Source: Candidatus Latescibacterota bacterium | Lineage (GTDB): Bacteria > Latescibacterota > UBA2968 | DNA length: 64,000 bases | Reading direction: 5' to 3' | Assembly: GCA_965198115.1 (NCBI GenBank) | Contig: OZ240241.1 | Location: 4,992,001 to 5,056,000 of the forward strand | In this document: in pieces, positions 1 through 9,772 of the stretch | Layout of the letters: each line of letters opens with the position of its first letter | How positions within the stretch are numbered: the first letter of the stretch is position 1 | The notes under the pieces: model-generated | Databases searched by the model: none | Told to the model about the DNA's origin: nothing | What the model saw: the letters and a program-made list of their open reading frames with translations, nothing else | Translations under genes and position numbers: made by a program

Positions 1-21
1 TCTTAGAAGGAGGGAACTACG

Positions 22-846
22 ATGTTCGGCATATTCCTATCACTGGCGCTGTTATCTGTTCTTGTAACCATCGTCGCAATCATCAAGCCTTCGATCTACA
101 GAGCTGAGGAGAGGGGACAAGCCTTCCTAAGAGGAGCATTGATCTTCCTCGTATTCATCATTTTAGGCTTGATTGTGGCCCCGGAGACCGATGAACAGAA
201 AGCCGAGAGACTGAAGGCGGAGGTTGAGGCGGCTCGTCAGGACTCGCTGGCAGCCCTGCCTATGGAACTTAAGTGGGTTGAGGAAGCTGCTCACGCCGAA
301 CATCCGCTCGGTCATCTGAACGAGTTATGGGCTGCCTCGGTCCTACCAGAGACAGACAAGGTCGTTGCGTGGTCAATGGCGGAGAAGTTCACGAAACAGG
401 CACTCAAGGGCTCAAACACGAACTACCTGTTTCAGACCGTGAACTACCCGTGGTATGACGGATCATCCATTAAGGCCGACTCAATGGCCGTGATTGAAGA
501 AGCGACAGGTAGATATCTTCGGTACTATACCGTGAGCACCGAATTCGACGTGAAGAACGAATACAATGCGGAGGTCCGACTTCGCTCAACGATCCACATG
601 TATACAGCGGATAACGAGGACTGGAAGGCCTACCAAGTTTACGTATCCGATCCGCGCAAGAGACCTTTACTTAGCGGTATCGTTACGATTGAGAACGATG
701 CTTGGGAGGGCAGAGACCGAGCCTATGCTCCTGATTCGCTACTGGCTCTCTTAGACGAGAGAAGACGAGAACTTGGACACTTCGAAAAGGCCGAGGCAGT
801 TCTCGACTCGATCAAGCGCGGACGGTCAAGTCCCATAGTCAGTTGA
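22..846 (+). CDS. Hypothetical membrane-anchored protein, C-terminus cut by IS256 (last ~7 codons are IS sequence)
   Basis: RBS AGGAGGGAG before ATG 22; two N-terminal hydrophobic helices; IS end GGTCAAGTCCC begins at 824 inside the ORF. Confidence 0.7.
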   Translation: MFGIFLSLALLSVLVTIVAIIKPSIYRAEERGQAFLRGALIFLVFIILGLIVAPETDEQKAERLKAEVEAARQDSLAALPMELKWVEEAAHAEHPLGHLNELWAASVLPETDKVVAWSMAEKFTKQALKGSNTNYLFQTVNYPWYDGSSIKADSMAVIEEATGRYLRYYTVSTEFDVKNEYNAEVRLRSTIHMYTADNEDWKAYQVYVSDPRKRPLLSGIVTIENDAWEGRDRAYAPDSLLALLDERRRELGHFEKAEAVLDSIKRGRSSPIVS

Positions 847-2114
847 AACTCATCGGGCCCCGTAGTTTGGTCAGGCTCTCTTTTGAGCATTCTGTTCGTT
901 GTCGAGATTCAGATCTTTGTTCAGTGCTTGCCTGAGTAGGGGAAGATGTTTGTATCCGCTCACGCGTCGCAGGCGAGGTTCGATGTCGAGGAGTGCGGCA
1001 GCCACCCATCTGTGTCTCTGGGGAGAGTTGTTCCAGCGTCTGACCTTCCGAGTGAGCTCGCCGGTCCTGCTGTTGAGGGCTTCGATGCAGTTGGTGGTTC
1101 GGAAGCTTCGTTTCAGGAATGGGAGCATACCCAGCCGGTGGAGGGTCAGGGTTTCCTCCAGGCCTTCCTCGAGGCTCGTTACGGCAGACTGATTCATCAG
1201 CTTCAGTTCGGGTTTAAGTGATTCGAGTGCGGCCTTTGCCTCCTCGTAGGTGTCGCAGTCATAGGCTTTCTGGAGCTTCCGTCGAACTCTTGGACGTTCC
1301 CTCTCCGGGAGATAGCTGACGACATTCTCGCGCTTGTGCCACTGACAGCGATGAACGCGCACATACCCTTTGAGGGCTTTGGTGACAGCACTGCGGAGCC
1401 CCTTTGAGCCGTCAAGCACAACGAGAAGGCCCTGGTCGTAGCACAGGCCTCTCCGGATGAGGTCTTGGATCAGCTGGCGGCAGATCCGTTCGTTCTCCGT
1501 CGCCGATTCGACGAAGCCCAGGGGGATCTTCTGGCCGTCCATCGTGACCCCCAGAGCGATCACGATCTCTTCGTCGGCAAAGCTCTTTCCGTCAATGAAG
1601 AGGGTCACGAAGCCGTAGTCGTCGAGGGGACGCTCCTGGAACTGCTTCAGCTTCTTCGCGGTGGCTTTGATGAACCGCCGCGAGACGGAGGACGCTGAGA
1701 TACCAAACGCTTCTGGAACCGATTCGGCACAGGCCTTGTAGTTGCGGCACGAGATCCCCTTGAGAACACGAAGCAACAGCCCCTCGTCCGTCTTCTTGGG
1801 CGTCTGTAGAGCCCGGTATGCAGCCAGGGAAACCTCTGCGTCGGCCTCGACGTCGCGCACCCGGGGAACGTCTAACGGGAGCTTCTGGTCCATCAGATAC
1901 ACGGATCCCTTCTGGCTTCCCCACCGACGATGCGCCTGCTCCGAACCTTTGCGCGCATACCGAACGCCTGCGAGCTGCTCGACCTCCTGCTGGAGGAGGT
2001 CTGCCACTGCCTCCAGACCCAACGGGATCAACTCTTACGGGTATACGCTCCCTACACGTCTACCCAACGTAAGTTTGGAGCCCTCTAAGTTTCAACTACG
2101 ATAGGCACAACACC
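824..2114 (-). mobile_element. IS256-family element type A, copy 1 (defective, no target duplication)
   Basis: Imperfect ~26 bp IRs (GGTCAAGTCCCATAGTCAGTTGAAAC / GGTGTTGTGCCTATCGTAGTTGAAAC); near-identical to 8385-9772 but lacking 97 bp (equivalent to 9595-9691); flanks GCGCGGAC and GTAGGGTT differ. Confidence 0.93.
871..2031 (-). pseudogene. IS256-family (Mutator-like DDE) transposase lacking its start region
   Basis: Motifs LFIDG, VLDGSKGL, HRCQWHK, TTNCIE; the 97-bp deletion removes the ATG and first ~29 codons. Confidence 0.88.
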
Positions 2115-2394
2115 GTAGGGTTCATCAAAGGAAAGAGTGCGATTCACATTGCTCGGAACTATCTGGGACGCAGGTCGAACTTCACCGGGCAGCATTTCTG
2201 GGCAAGAGGCTACTGGGTCTCCACCGTTGGCAAGGATGAACAGACGGTTCGGGAGTATATCCAGAACCAGGAGCGGGAGGACCGGCGTCTCGACCAGCTC
2301 AACATTTTCAGGTAATCGCCACCTTTAGGTGGCGCTTGGTTTCCAACCGCTTTGAGCGGTTCACAAGTTTTCAAGCCTCCGGCTTTGCCGTGAC
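2115..2394 (+). mobile_element. 3' fragment of IS200-like element (tnpA C-terminus and damaged right end)
   Basis: Matches 24719-25005 (GFIKGKSAIHIAR...FWARGY); 7 bp (GAGGTCA) missing from the right hairpin; begins immediately at the IS256 end. Confidence 0.92.
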
Positions 2395-2520
2395 TTATTA
2401 CTTTCTACTTGAATTAATCCCCTCCATCAGCCGCGTTTGCCCGCCATTCCTGGTCATCGCATCTTGGTTGCGTTGACCCGTCACTACGCGTGTTCCATAA
2501 ACCCGACCCATGGAGCCCAT

Positions 2521-2742
2521 ATGGCAGCAACACGATATGCGATGGACGAATACCTCGATCACTTCAAGGAAAACGGCTACGTCGTGGTGCACGGGGCGCT
2601 GTCGCCAGAGGAGGTCGCCCGGGTCAATGACGGTATCGATGCCTACAGGGCGGCGCATCCGGAAGAATGGGTGATGGAGCCGCGGCTGGACCACGATGCG
2701 GTGGGAAGGGATGCGCCGGGGGTGATGGAACGGACGGAGGCG
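2521..2742 (+). pseudogene. N-terminal fragment of phytanoyl-CoA dioxygenase (PhyH) family protein
   Basis: DHFKENGYVVVHGALSPEEVARV is a typical PhyH N-terminus; similarity ends near 2742 before the HxD motif (end approximate). Confidence 0.7.
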
Positions 2743-3290
2743 CCTAAATATGAGCCCCCCTCCCTCGGCTATTATATCTCTCCCCAGCACTGGGGGGGGT
2801 GCCGAGGGCGACGGCGAGGTCCAAGGGCGAACGGTAGCGAAGTCCATACGCTCGGCAAGGCAAAACAACCTGGCACTTCAGTTCAGGAATGGTGGTGAAA
2901 ATGTGGGGAACGCCCTTCCTGTGTGGACGCAAAGTATTATTTATCAACAAGTTTTATGACTGAATTGGTGGAAGTATTGAATAGAACCTTCCTGGGTGAG
3001 GATCGCCCTCGAGATCCTGCCGGTATCGGTATCATCGCGCGTGACTACACCAAGGTAAATATGGGAGATCGTCAATCATTTTTCCGACTAAGGTTTTACC
3101 CCTTCACGGAGGGAACCATTGATCCTGAGCGACCCCAAAGGCGGGATGGCCGGAGTGCAACGTCGGCCCCCCGCCGGGGCCAAGAATCGACGATTCTGGG
3201 GGAGAGGCGCTCAGGCCTTTCGCATGGCCACGTCTAGTGCGTTTTTCATGATGCTGTGGTGACTGCGTAACCGCTGTCGAAGCTCCGCAC

Positions 3291-4001
3291 GTGAGCGTCT
3301 ATGAACCATTGACCTACGATCAGCTGATGAGCCACTCCGTCCGCCATCATCTTCGCCTTGAGATTGATGCCTACGACGAGACCATCCGCACGTTCATCCC
3401 AGGCTACGAAGAAGGCTTGGCGAGGGCTGCCAACGAAATCGCTGGTGTTCGCCCAACCCTGGTGCTTGACCTCGGCGCGGGAACGGGCGCCTTGGCTGAA
3501 GCGATGCTGGTCCAAGAACGCGTCGGTGCCGTTGAAGCCATCGACATCGATCCGGAGATGCTGGCCCAGGCGCGCCTTCGGCTCAAGCGATTTGGGACCC
3601 GCGCTCGTGTCCGCCGGCGGTCGTTCGAGGCGCCACTCCCCACGTGTGACGCCGTGGCTACGGCCCTGGCTCTGCACCACGTTCCCACCATGGCACGCAA
3701 ACTCACGCTGTATACACGCATTTACCGGGCGCTCCGCCCCGGTGGCGTCTTCGTGAACACCGACGTGGCCATCAGCGCACACCCGGGGGCGCGCGAGCAG
3801 TCGTACCGTCGATGGGCCACCCACCTGGTGTCGTACGGCATTGACGAACAGCGCGCCTATGAGCACTTCGCCGCGTGGTCGGCGGAGGACACCTACTTTT
3901 CAGTCGACGACGAACTCGCGGCCATGCGCGAAGCCAAATTCCAGGCTGACTGTATCTGGCAGGATCGCCCACACACTCTCCTGGTAGGACGCAAGATCTG
4001 A
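3291..4001 (+). CDS. Class I SAM-dependent methyltransferase
   Basis: VLDLGAGTG motif I, DIDPEML, ALHH, LRPGGVFV. Confidence 0.9.
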   Translation: MSVYEPLTYDQLMSHSVRHHLRLEIDAYDETIRTFIPGYEEGLARAANEIAGVRPTLVLDLGAGTGALAEAMLVQERVGAVEAIDIDPEMLAQARLRLKRFGTRARVRRRSFEAPLPTCDAVATALALHHVPTMARKLTLYTRIYRALRPGGVFVNTDVAISAHPGAREQSYRRWATHLVSYGIDEQRAYEHFAAWSAEDTYFSVDDELAAMREAKFQADCIWQDRPHTLLVGRKI

Positions 4002-4322
4002 GCCCCGGTCTACGGGAATCTTGATGTCCCCCGTATATCGGCTTCGGGTTCAGCCTCCGTGCGCGGCGGAGTCGACGTGTCGCACGCGCGGGCCCGTGAC
4101 TCGGCGAATCCCTCCAATCTTGCGTGCCGATGCATGCCAACACGACGTTCGACTGAGCGGTTACCCCAACCGCTACACGGTGATGAAAAGCGCTTTAGGG
4201 CCGCTGGCGGGTGTCGGAGCCTGCCCGCAGGGATAATTTCGGCCGGGAACTTGGTGCGACCGCGTACCGCACCTCCGGCTCTCGATGCGCCAAAAACGTT
4301 CCAGAAACCCCCGCGAAACGGG

Positions 4323-4352
4323 TTGCAAACCCAGGCCGTTCTGGCTTATATT
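4323..4352 (+). promoter_or_regulatory. Putative sigma70 promoter
   Basis: TTGCAA (4323-4328), 18-bp spacer, TATATT (4347-4352), just upstream of the structured leader. Confidence 0.55.
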
Positions 4353-4360
4353 GCCACCTA

Positions 4361-4447
4361 AGACAACCCATCGGACTACGCCCAGACAGGGAGATACGGG
4401 TCCGATAATCTCGACCCCAGGGACGACTCGTGCGTCCCTGTATTTTT
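4361..4447 (+). ncRNA. Candidate structured RNA (pseudoknot plus intrinsic terminator) upstream of NYN nuclease
   Basis: ATCGGAC 4370-76 pairs with GTCCGAT 4400-06; loop GAGAT 4391-95 pairs with ATCTC 4408-12; CAGGGACG 4418-25 pairs with CGTCCCTG 4433-40, followed by TATTTTT. Confidence 0.5.
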
Positions 4448-4460
4448 GTACGGACAGAGA

Positions 4461-4828
4461 ATGCCCGGTGACGATCTGATCCATGGCTCACGCCACCGCG
4501 TCCGCGTGTTTGTGGACTTCTGGAACTACACGCTCTCCATGCGCGATGCCGAAGAAGCGTTCCGCACGGATTGGTCAGAGACTCGGGCCGGTGCTGTCGC
4601 ACGCCGCGGCCGCCGTCGTCGATGCTGCCGCGACGGGCGAGTATCAGGGTTTGAACTTCTACGGTTCCTACGACCCGACCAGCGACGCAGACCGGAAACT
4701 TCACCGCTGGGCAACGACGATGGTGGACACATTTCCAGGCGTGAGCGTGTCGGTCGTGCCGCGCCAGAGGAAGCGTTCGCCGCCGTCGTGCCCTGCCTGC
4801 CATGCGGCGGTAGCCCAATGCCCCGCCG
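4461..4828 (+). pseudogene. NYN (LabA/DUF88, PIN-like) nuclease with Cys-rich insert; frameshifted near 4580 and 3'-truncated
   Basis: RVRVFVDFWNY carries the first acidic catalytic residue; then YQGLNFYGSYDP and CPACH..CP; the expected C-terminal acidic motifs are absent. Confidence 0.72.
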
Positions 4829-4836
4829 CGGCACCG

Positions 4837-4955
4837 TTCTATCGCGTCATTTCCAATCTCATGCTCAACGCGGTCAAACACACCGGACGCGGCGGCACGA
4901 TCACGTTGAAGTGCAGTCGACTCGACGAGGTGCTGCAGATCGACGTCATCGACAA
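4837..4955 (+). pseudogene. Short histidine-kinase HATPase_c fragment
   Basis: RVISNLMLNAVKHT (N-box) and IDVIDN (start of G1 box); about 40 codons only. Confidence 0.75.
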
Positions 4956-5277
4956 CTACTCGGAAGTAGACCCGGCGCCCCCGCTCCTCGGGGCGTCCGT
5001 ATCGCACATAGTGGATCTTTCGCAGGATGCTTTCGAGCCCTTTGCGTCGGCTCGAGAAGTCCCAACCCCGATCCCGAATCCGGCCCTCCCCGTCGATGAA
5101 CAGCTCCAGATCGATCGACGCCTCGAGCGCTTTGTAGCGTAAACGCGGCCGCAGATCGATGCGTTGCCAGACGCCCTCGTCGACGGACACGGCACCGACG
5201 AGACCGTCCATCGTCAGATCGACGGCTTCGGCATTGCGAGTTAGCAGGAGAAGACTCAGGAGAAGAAATCGAAGCAC
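4956..5277 (-). pseudogene. N-terminal fragment of secreted or outer-membrane hypothetical protein
   Basis: GAGG RBS and GTG; signal peptide MLRFLLLSLLLLTRNAEA; beta-rich sequence ends at the junction with the HATPase fragment. Confidence 0.6.
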
Positions 5278-5397
5278 GCATTCCTCGAGTGAAGGGTTCG
5301 GTCCGATTGTAGGCGAATGTTCGCTCCGGAGTCAACGTTCTCGCCCGTTGACGGCGGCGAGCCGCACGGATATCGTATCTGGGCGGAAGAGGGCAGG

Positions 5398-5427
5398 AAC
5401 CACAGATGAACACCGATGGACACAGAT
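5398..5427. repeat. Short tandem intergenic repeat (ACACAGATGA-type, 3 degenerate units)
   Basis: AACCACAGATGAACACCGATGGACACAGAT. Confidence 0.6.
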
Positions 5428-5434
5428 GTGACTC

Positions 5435-6655
5435 AACCCGAGGACTGTGGCTCTTCTTGCCTGGATGTTTGGCTGGTCCTTTCAAACTGACCCCCTTCCC
5501 GCTGTTTGCCGCCCGTAAATTCTCGAGATGCGTCTTCATCTCTTCCAGAAAACCGGGATCCTTCACCCAGCGTATCTGGTCCTCCAGCCGAGGTCGCTGT
5601 CGCTCGAAGTGCTTCGTCAACACGTCGTAGATTCCGAGCGCCTGGATGAACTTGGCCGTGGCAACCTCCCGAACGGTGATCTCGACACGGATCCGCTGCT
5701 GCTGAAATCCGGGCTCCTCGTTCGTCAACTCCAGGAACGCGGCCTGCTGCAGAGCCTCCATCCGAAGAAGGCTTTTCGTGAGCAACAGCTTTGTCCGTTC
5801 TGTATCGTGTGAGAGGAGCTGCTGTTCCCGAAGAGCCCTGGCATCATTGTAGACGACCGATCTGTCAACGCCCAGAGCTTCTGCGACCTGGAGATGTCGT
5901 CCTCCTTTGGCCAGGAGCGTGCCGACCAGCAGCCGCCTGGCCCACACGGCCGCGTGCTCACCCGACCCTTCCTTCTTCCTCCCAGCGGACCACGTGCCCC
6001 TCCCCTCACGCAGGATCTTCAGGGCCTGCACAGAGCCCGCGCCGAACAGAGACAGTTGATTCGGGTGGACGACCGCATTCACCAACTCGTGGATCGCGGC
6101 GATGTGGCCTCGGTCCACATAGGGCACCCCCTCATCTGGCAGATGCTTCACGGCATCCATCGCGCGTTCGTCAGCAACGGGCTCGCCCACGCGTAAGCCG
6201 GCGGTGACCCGGCCATAGAAACCGACCTTCTGGAGCATCTTACAGAGCCTCATCTCCCGACGGCCGATTTCGGTCCTGATTCTTCGCCGAAGCTGGAAGC
6301 TCCCGGCCTCACGCAGGTCGGCGAAAGCCGCCACCTGGAGACGTTCAAACCGCCTCCTTATCTGGGAGAGTGCTGCCTGCGCTTGCCCAACACCCTCTGC
6401 GAGCACCTGGTAGACCGAGATCACCTCCAGGTCGTCCCTTACGACGGGCCCATCAACCCCCAACCCCCTCGCGATGCCGACCACGTCCTCTTCCCGCGCG
6501 TACAGCTCAGCGGCGACCAACCGTCTGCCCCAGTCGATCGGGTTCAGGCCCTCCACCCGCCTTCCTCGTGGCCAGGTGCCCTCTCGCTCGAAGAGGGCTT
6601 TCCTGACGCGCACAGAGTCGACACCGGGAAGGGGCAACTCGTTCGTCCGGGCAAC
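5435..6655 (-). pseudogene. Fragment of protein with two tandem ~196-aa HTH-containing units, fused in frame to upstream ATPase fragment
   Basis: WGRRLVAAELY..IARGLGVDGPVVRDDL aligns with WARRLLVGTLL..VAEALGVDRSVVYNDA; the two W codons (6530, 5942) are 588 nt apart; boundaries approximate. Confidence 0.6.
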
Positions 6656-7147
6656 CTCAAGTATGGCTACCACGTCGCTCTGATCGGCTATCAAGACTTT
6701 GGTTATGAACGATTCTGGAAGACCTCGTCTGCGTCGACCCCGACCCCCAGGTGTCTCTACTCCCCACCTAAGAATTTCCTGAAGGGCACCGTCGACCTCC
6801 CGGCCCCTTTTGTCCTGTGTGAAGTCGTGTCCGTCTCGGGAAAATTCGAGGTAACTCCAGGCATCGCGGCCGCTGCCATAGCTCTTCCGGACGCGCCAAA
6901 TGCGTTGAGGCTCCTGTTCAAAGGTTAGAGACACCTTTGGCGTCGCATCAGTGTTCCAATCGAGGAGCGATTCAGCTGCGACTGAACCCGCTGGCAGAAG
7001 CAGTGAGGCACGCACCGCCTTCACGATGTTCGACTTACCGATCTCGTTTGGCCCGTGGAGGATGTTCAAGCCCGGCCCGAGGTCGATGCTCGCGCTGGCT
7101 ATACCAGCAAGATCAGTGACTTCGATTTTCTGGATCCACATTGCCAT
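6656..7147 (-). pseudogene. SbcC/Rad50/YhaN-like ATPase, N-terminal ~165 aa only
   Basis: LNILHGPNEIGKS Walker A and Q-loop (ADQ); no coiled coil, signature or Walker B; TAATG overlap with upstream nuclease. Confidence 0.8.
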
Positions 7148-8280
7148 TAACTCGCTGCTTCCTTGACTAGGCGGTACAGATGATGCAGAGCTCGTTCAGC
7201 TACCTTAGGATTAGATTCGCTTCTATCCTGCAGACGCGAGATCGTCGATTGAAGTACCGCTGGCAGCTCTTTACCGAACTCGATGGGCGTGTCCGTGGCG
7301 AGATGTAACCCGTTGCGATCCTCGGACAGGACCCCTACCCGTGGATTAGCAGCGAGGGAACCGCGGAGCTCGATCAAGATGCGTTCCGCCTCGTCGTATT
7401 CTTCCATCGGAACCACCATTTCGAGCTTAAGTCGAAGTACTGTCTTGCGTAGGTCGCTAGCCCCAGCGAGCGAACGAAGATCCGACATCGATCTGCAGAT
7501 TACTTCTCGCCATTCCCAAGTTCCGACTTGCTCCCGCCGAACTATCGGTCTCCGCGCCCGATCAAGCGGGAAGAATACGATTGCCACGGAGCCAGTTTCG
7601 TTCTCTCCGAAATTTGTTGCCTCAGGCGCACCAGGATAGATCGTAGGGGCAGTAGCCTCTGGCTCAACATCCCGAAAGGCATGCGTGTCACCGATTGCGA
7701 GGTAATCGAGACCTCGCTCTGCGGCGATACCGCTAGCGATGGGAAAGTTGGTTTGATAGCCCTCGATGTCGAAGGTCTGTCCATGGACAAGTCCGATTCT
7801 GAAACGGCTCTCGTTGGGTTCGCGGTCTGGCAGGGATGATGCAATGTCGGTTTGTCCGGCGTGTGATCGGCAAGGGTTCGCGATGACGACTGCACGATCA
7901 TCGAGCTCGAGTGTAAAGCCTTCTTCGTCAACGACGTGAACGTATTCTGGCAGCCCAGCACGGAATGGGTGGTCTGGGTGGTAAACAGAGCGCGCCATCA
8001 GGGGGTCGTGGTTACCGGGGAGTAGTACTACCGGGCGAGCCCAGTCGCGTCGCTGGAATTCCTTCAAGAGACCGCCCCACCATTCTTTGGGTGGTGAGGA
8101 TTCATCGAACAGGTCTCCTGCAGCCAAAACTGCATCGACGTTACGGCTGTGCGCGAGATCGAGGATGCGTCCAACAACTTCTAGCCGTGCCCGCGTAAGA
8201 CGCAATTCTTGTTCCGGCCGAAACGACGGGAAGCGTCGCCCGAGATGCCAGTCCGCAGTGTGTAGAACTGTCAATGCCAT
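7147..8280 (-). CDS. SbcD/Mre11/YhaO-like metallophosphoesterase DNA repair exonuclease
   Basis: HTADWHLG, AGDLFD, PGNHD, GLVHG, YLAIGDTH motifs; probable start ATG 8280. Confidence 0.9.
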   Translation of the reverse strand: MALTVLHTADWHLGRRFPSFRPEQELRLTRARLEVVGRILDLAHSRNVDAVLAAGDLFDESSPPKEWWGGLLKEFQRRDWARPVVLLPGNHDPLMARSVYHPDHPFRAGLPEYVHVVDEEGFTLELDDRAVVIANPCRSHAGQTDIASSLPDREPNESRFRIGLVHGQTFDIEGYQTNFPIASGIAAERGLDYLAIGDTHAFRDVEPEATAPTIYPGAPEATNFGENETGSVAIVFFPLDRARRPIVRREQVGTWEWREVICRSMSDLRSLAGASDLRKTVLRLKLEMVVPMEEYDEAERILIELRGSLAANPRVGVLSEDRNGLHLATDTPIEFGKELPAVLQSTISRLQDRSESNPKVAERALHHLYRLVKEAAS

Positions 8281-8384
8281 TTCGCTGTCCTGTAGTTGTC
8301 GGTCCAGCTGCTCTTGGTCTGAACAGTCACTCAATGCAAAACTCCGCCTGTAACAGACGCTCAATCTGTGTAGGCGTATATCTC

Positions 8385-9772
8385 GGTCAAGTCCCATAGT
8401 CAGTTGAAAACTCATCGGGCCCCGTAGTTTGGTCAGGCTCTCTTTTGAGCATTCTGTTCGTTGTCGAGATTCAGATCTTTGTTCAGTGCTTGCCTGAGTA
8501 GGGGAAGATGTTTGTATCCGCTCACGCGTCGCAGGCGAGGTTCGATGTCGAGGAGTGCGGCAGCCACCCATCTGTGTCTCTGGGGAGAGTTGTTCCAGCG
8601 TCTGACCTTCCGAGTGAGCTCGCCGGTCCTGCTGTTGAGGGCTTCGATGCAGTTGGTGGTTCGGAAGCTTCGTTTCAGGAATGGGAGCATACCCAGCCGG
8701 TGGAGGGTCAGGGTTTCCTCCAGGCCTTCCTCGAGGCTCGTTACGGCAGACTGATTCATCAGCTTCAGTTCGGGTTTAAGTGATTCGAGTGCGGCCTTTG
8801 CCTCCTCGTAGGTGTCGCAGTCATAGGCTTTCTGGAGCTTCCGTCGAACTCTTGGACGTTCCCTCTCCGGGAGATAGCTGACGACATTCTCGCGCTTGTG
8901 CCACTGACAGCGATGCACGCGCACATACCCTTTGAGGGCTTTGGTGACAGCACTGCGGAGTCCCTTTGAGCCGTCAAGCACAACGAGAAGGCCCTGGTCG
9001 TAGCACAGGCCTCTCCGGATGAGGTCCTGGATCAGCTGGCGGCAGATCCGTTCGTTCTCCGTCGCCGATTCGACGAAGCCCAGGGGGATCTTCTGGCCGT
9101 CCATCGTGACCCCCAGAGCGATCACGATCTCTTCGTCGGCAAAGCTCTTTCCGTCAATGAACAGGGTCACGAAGCCGTAGTCGTCGAGGGGACGCTCCTG
9201 GAACTGCTTCAGCTTCTTCGCGGTGGCTTTGATGAACCGCCGCGAGACGGAGGACGCTGAGATACCAAACGCTTCTGGAACCGATTCGGCACAGGCCTTG
9301 TAGTTGCGGCACGAGATCCCCTTGAGAACACGAAGCAACAGCCCCTCGTCCGTCTTCTTGGGCGTCTGTAGAGCCCGGTATGCAGCCAGGGAAACCTCTG
9401 CGTCGGCCTCGACGTCGCGCACCCGGGGAACGTCTAACGGGAGCTTCTGGTCCATCAGATACACGGATCCCTTCTGGCTTCCCCACCGACGATGCGCCTG
9501 CTCCGAACCTTTGCGCGCATACCGAACGCCTGCGAGCTGCTCGACCTCCTGCTGGAGGAGGTCTGCCACTGCCTCCAGACCCAACGGGATCAACGCCTGG
9601 ATCACCGACAAACGCGTCTCCAAATCGATGACATCGCCCTCAACCTTGACTTCACCATCGCCTACAAATAGCTTCTCCATCTGGGCTCCTTTCTTACGGG
9701 TATACGCTCCTACACGTCTACCCAACGTAAGTTTGGAGCCCTCTAAGTTTCAACTACGATAGGCACAACACC
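8385..9772 (-). mobile_element. IS256-family element type A, copy 2 (full length, no target duplication)
   Basis: Same IRs as copy 1; 1388 bp; flanks TATATCTC and CTTCGCCG differ. Confidence 0.95.
8433..9680 (-). CDS. IS256-family transposase (415 aa)
   Basis: Intact ORF from ATG 9680 with AAGGAG RBS; DDE motifs. Confidence 0.93.
   Translation of the reverse strand: MEKLFVGDGEVKVEGDVIDLETRLSVIQALIPLGLEAVADLLQQEVEQLAGVRYARKGSEQAHRRWGSQKGSVYLMDQKLPLDVPRVRDVEADAEVSLAAYRALQTPKKTDEGLLLRVLKGISCRNYKACAESVPEAFGISASSVSRRFIKATAKKLKQFQERPLDDYGFVTLFIDGKSFADEEIVIALGVTMDGQKIPLGFVESATENERICRQLIQDLIRRGLCYDQGLLVVLDGSKGLRSAVTKALKGYVRVHRCQWHKRENVVSYLPERERPRVRRKLQKAYDCDTYEEAKAALESLKPELKLMNQSAVTSLEEGLEETLTLHRLGMLPFLKRSFRTTNCIEALNSRTGELTRKVRRWNNSPQRHRWVAAALLDIEPRLRRVSGYKHLPLLRQALNKDLNLDNEQNAQKRA

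Noticed and set aside
2890-2975. tRNA-derived att site (TGGTGGA after an AT-rich stretch)
   Set aside because: Only a few bases match a tRNA 3' end; there is no cloverleaf or integrase nearby.
4946-7147. 733-aa ORF as a single SMC/Rad50 protein
   Set aside because: It is a chimera of an ATPase N-terminus, an HTH-repeat fragment and read-through into repeat and off-frame sequence; there is no Walker B or signature motif.
7147-8571. 474-aa version of the nuclease
   Set aside because: The extra N-terminus lies in IS256 and intergenic DNA; motifs begin at ATG 8280.
824-9772. Intact composite transposon
   Set aside because: Outer flanks GCGCGGAC and CTTCGCCG are not a target duplication; kept only as a hypothesis in the findings.
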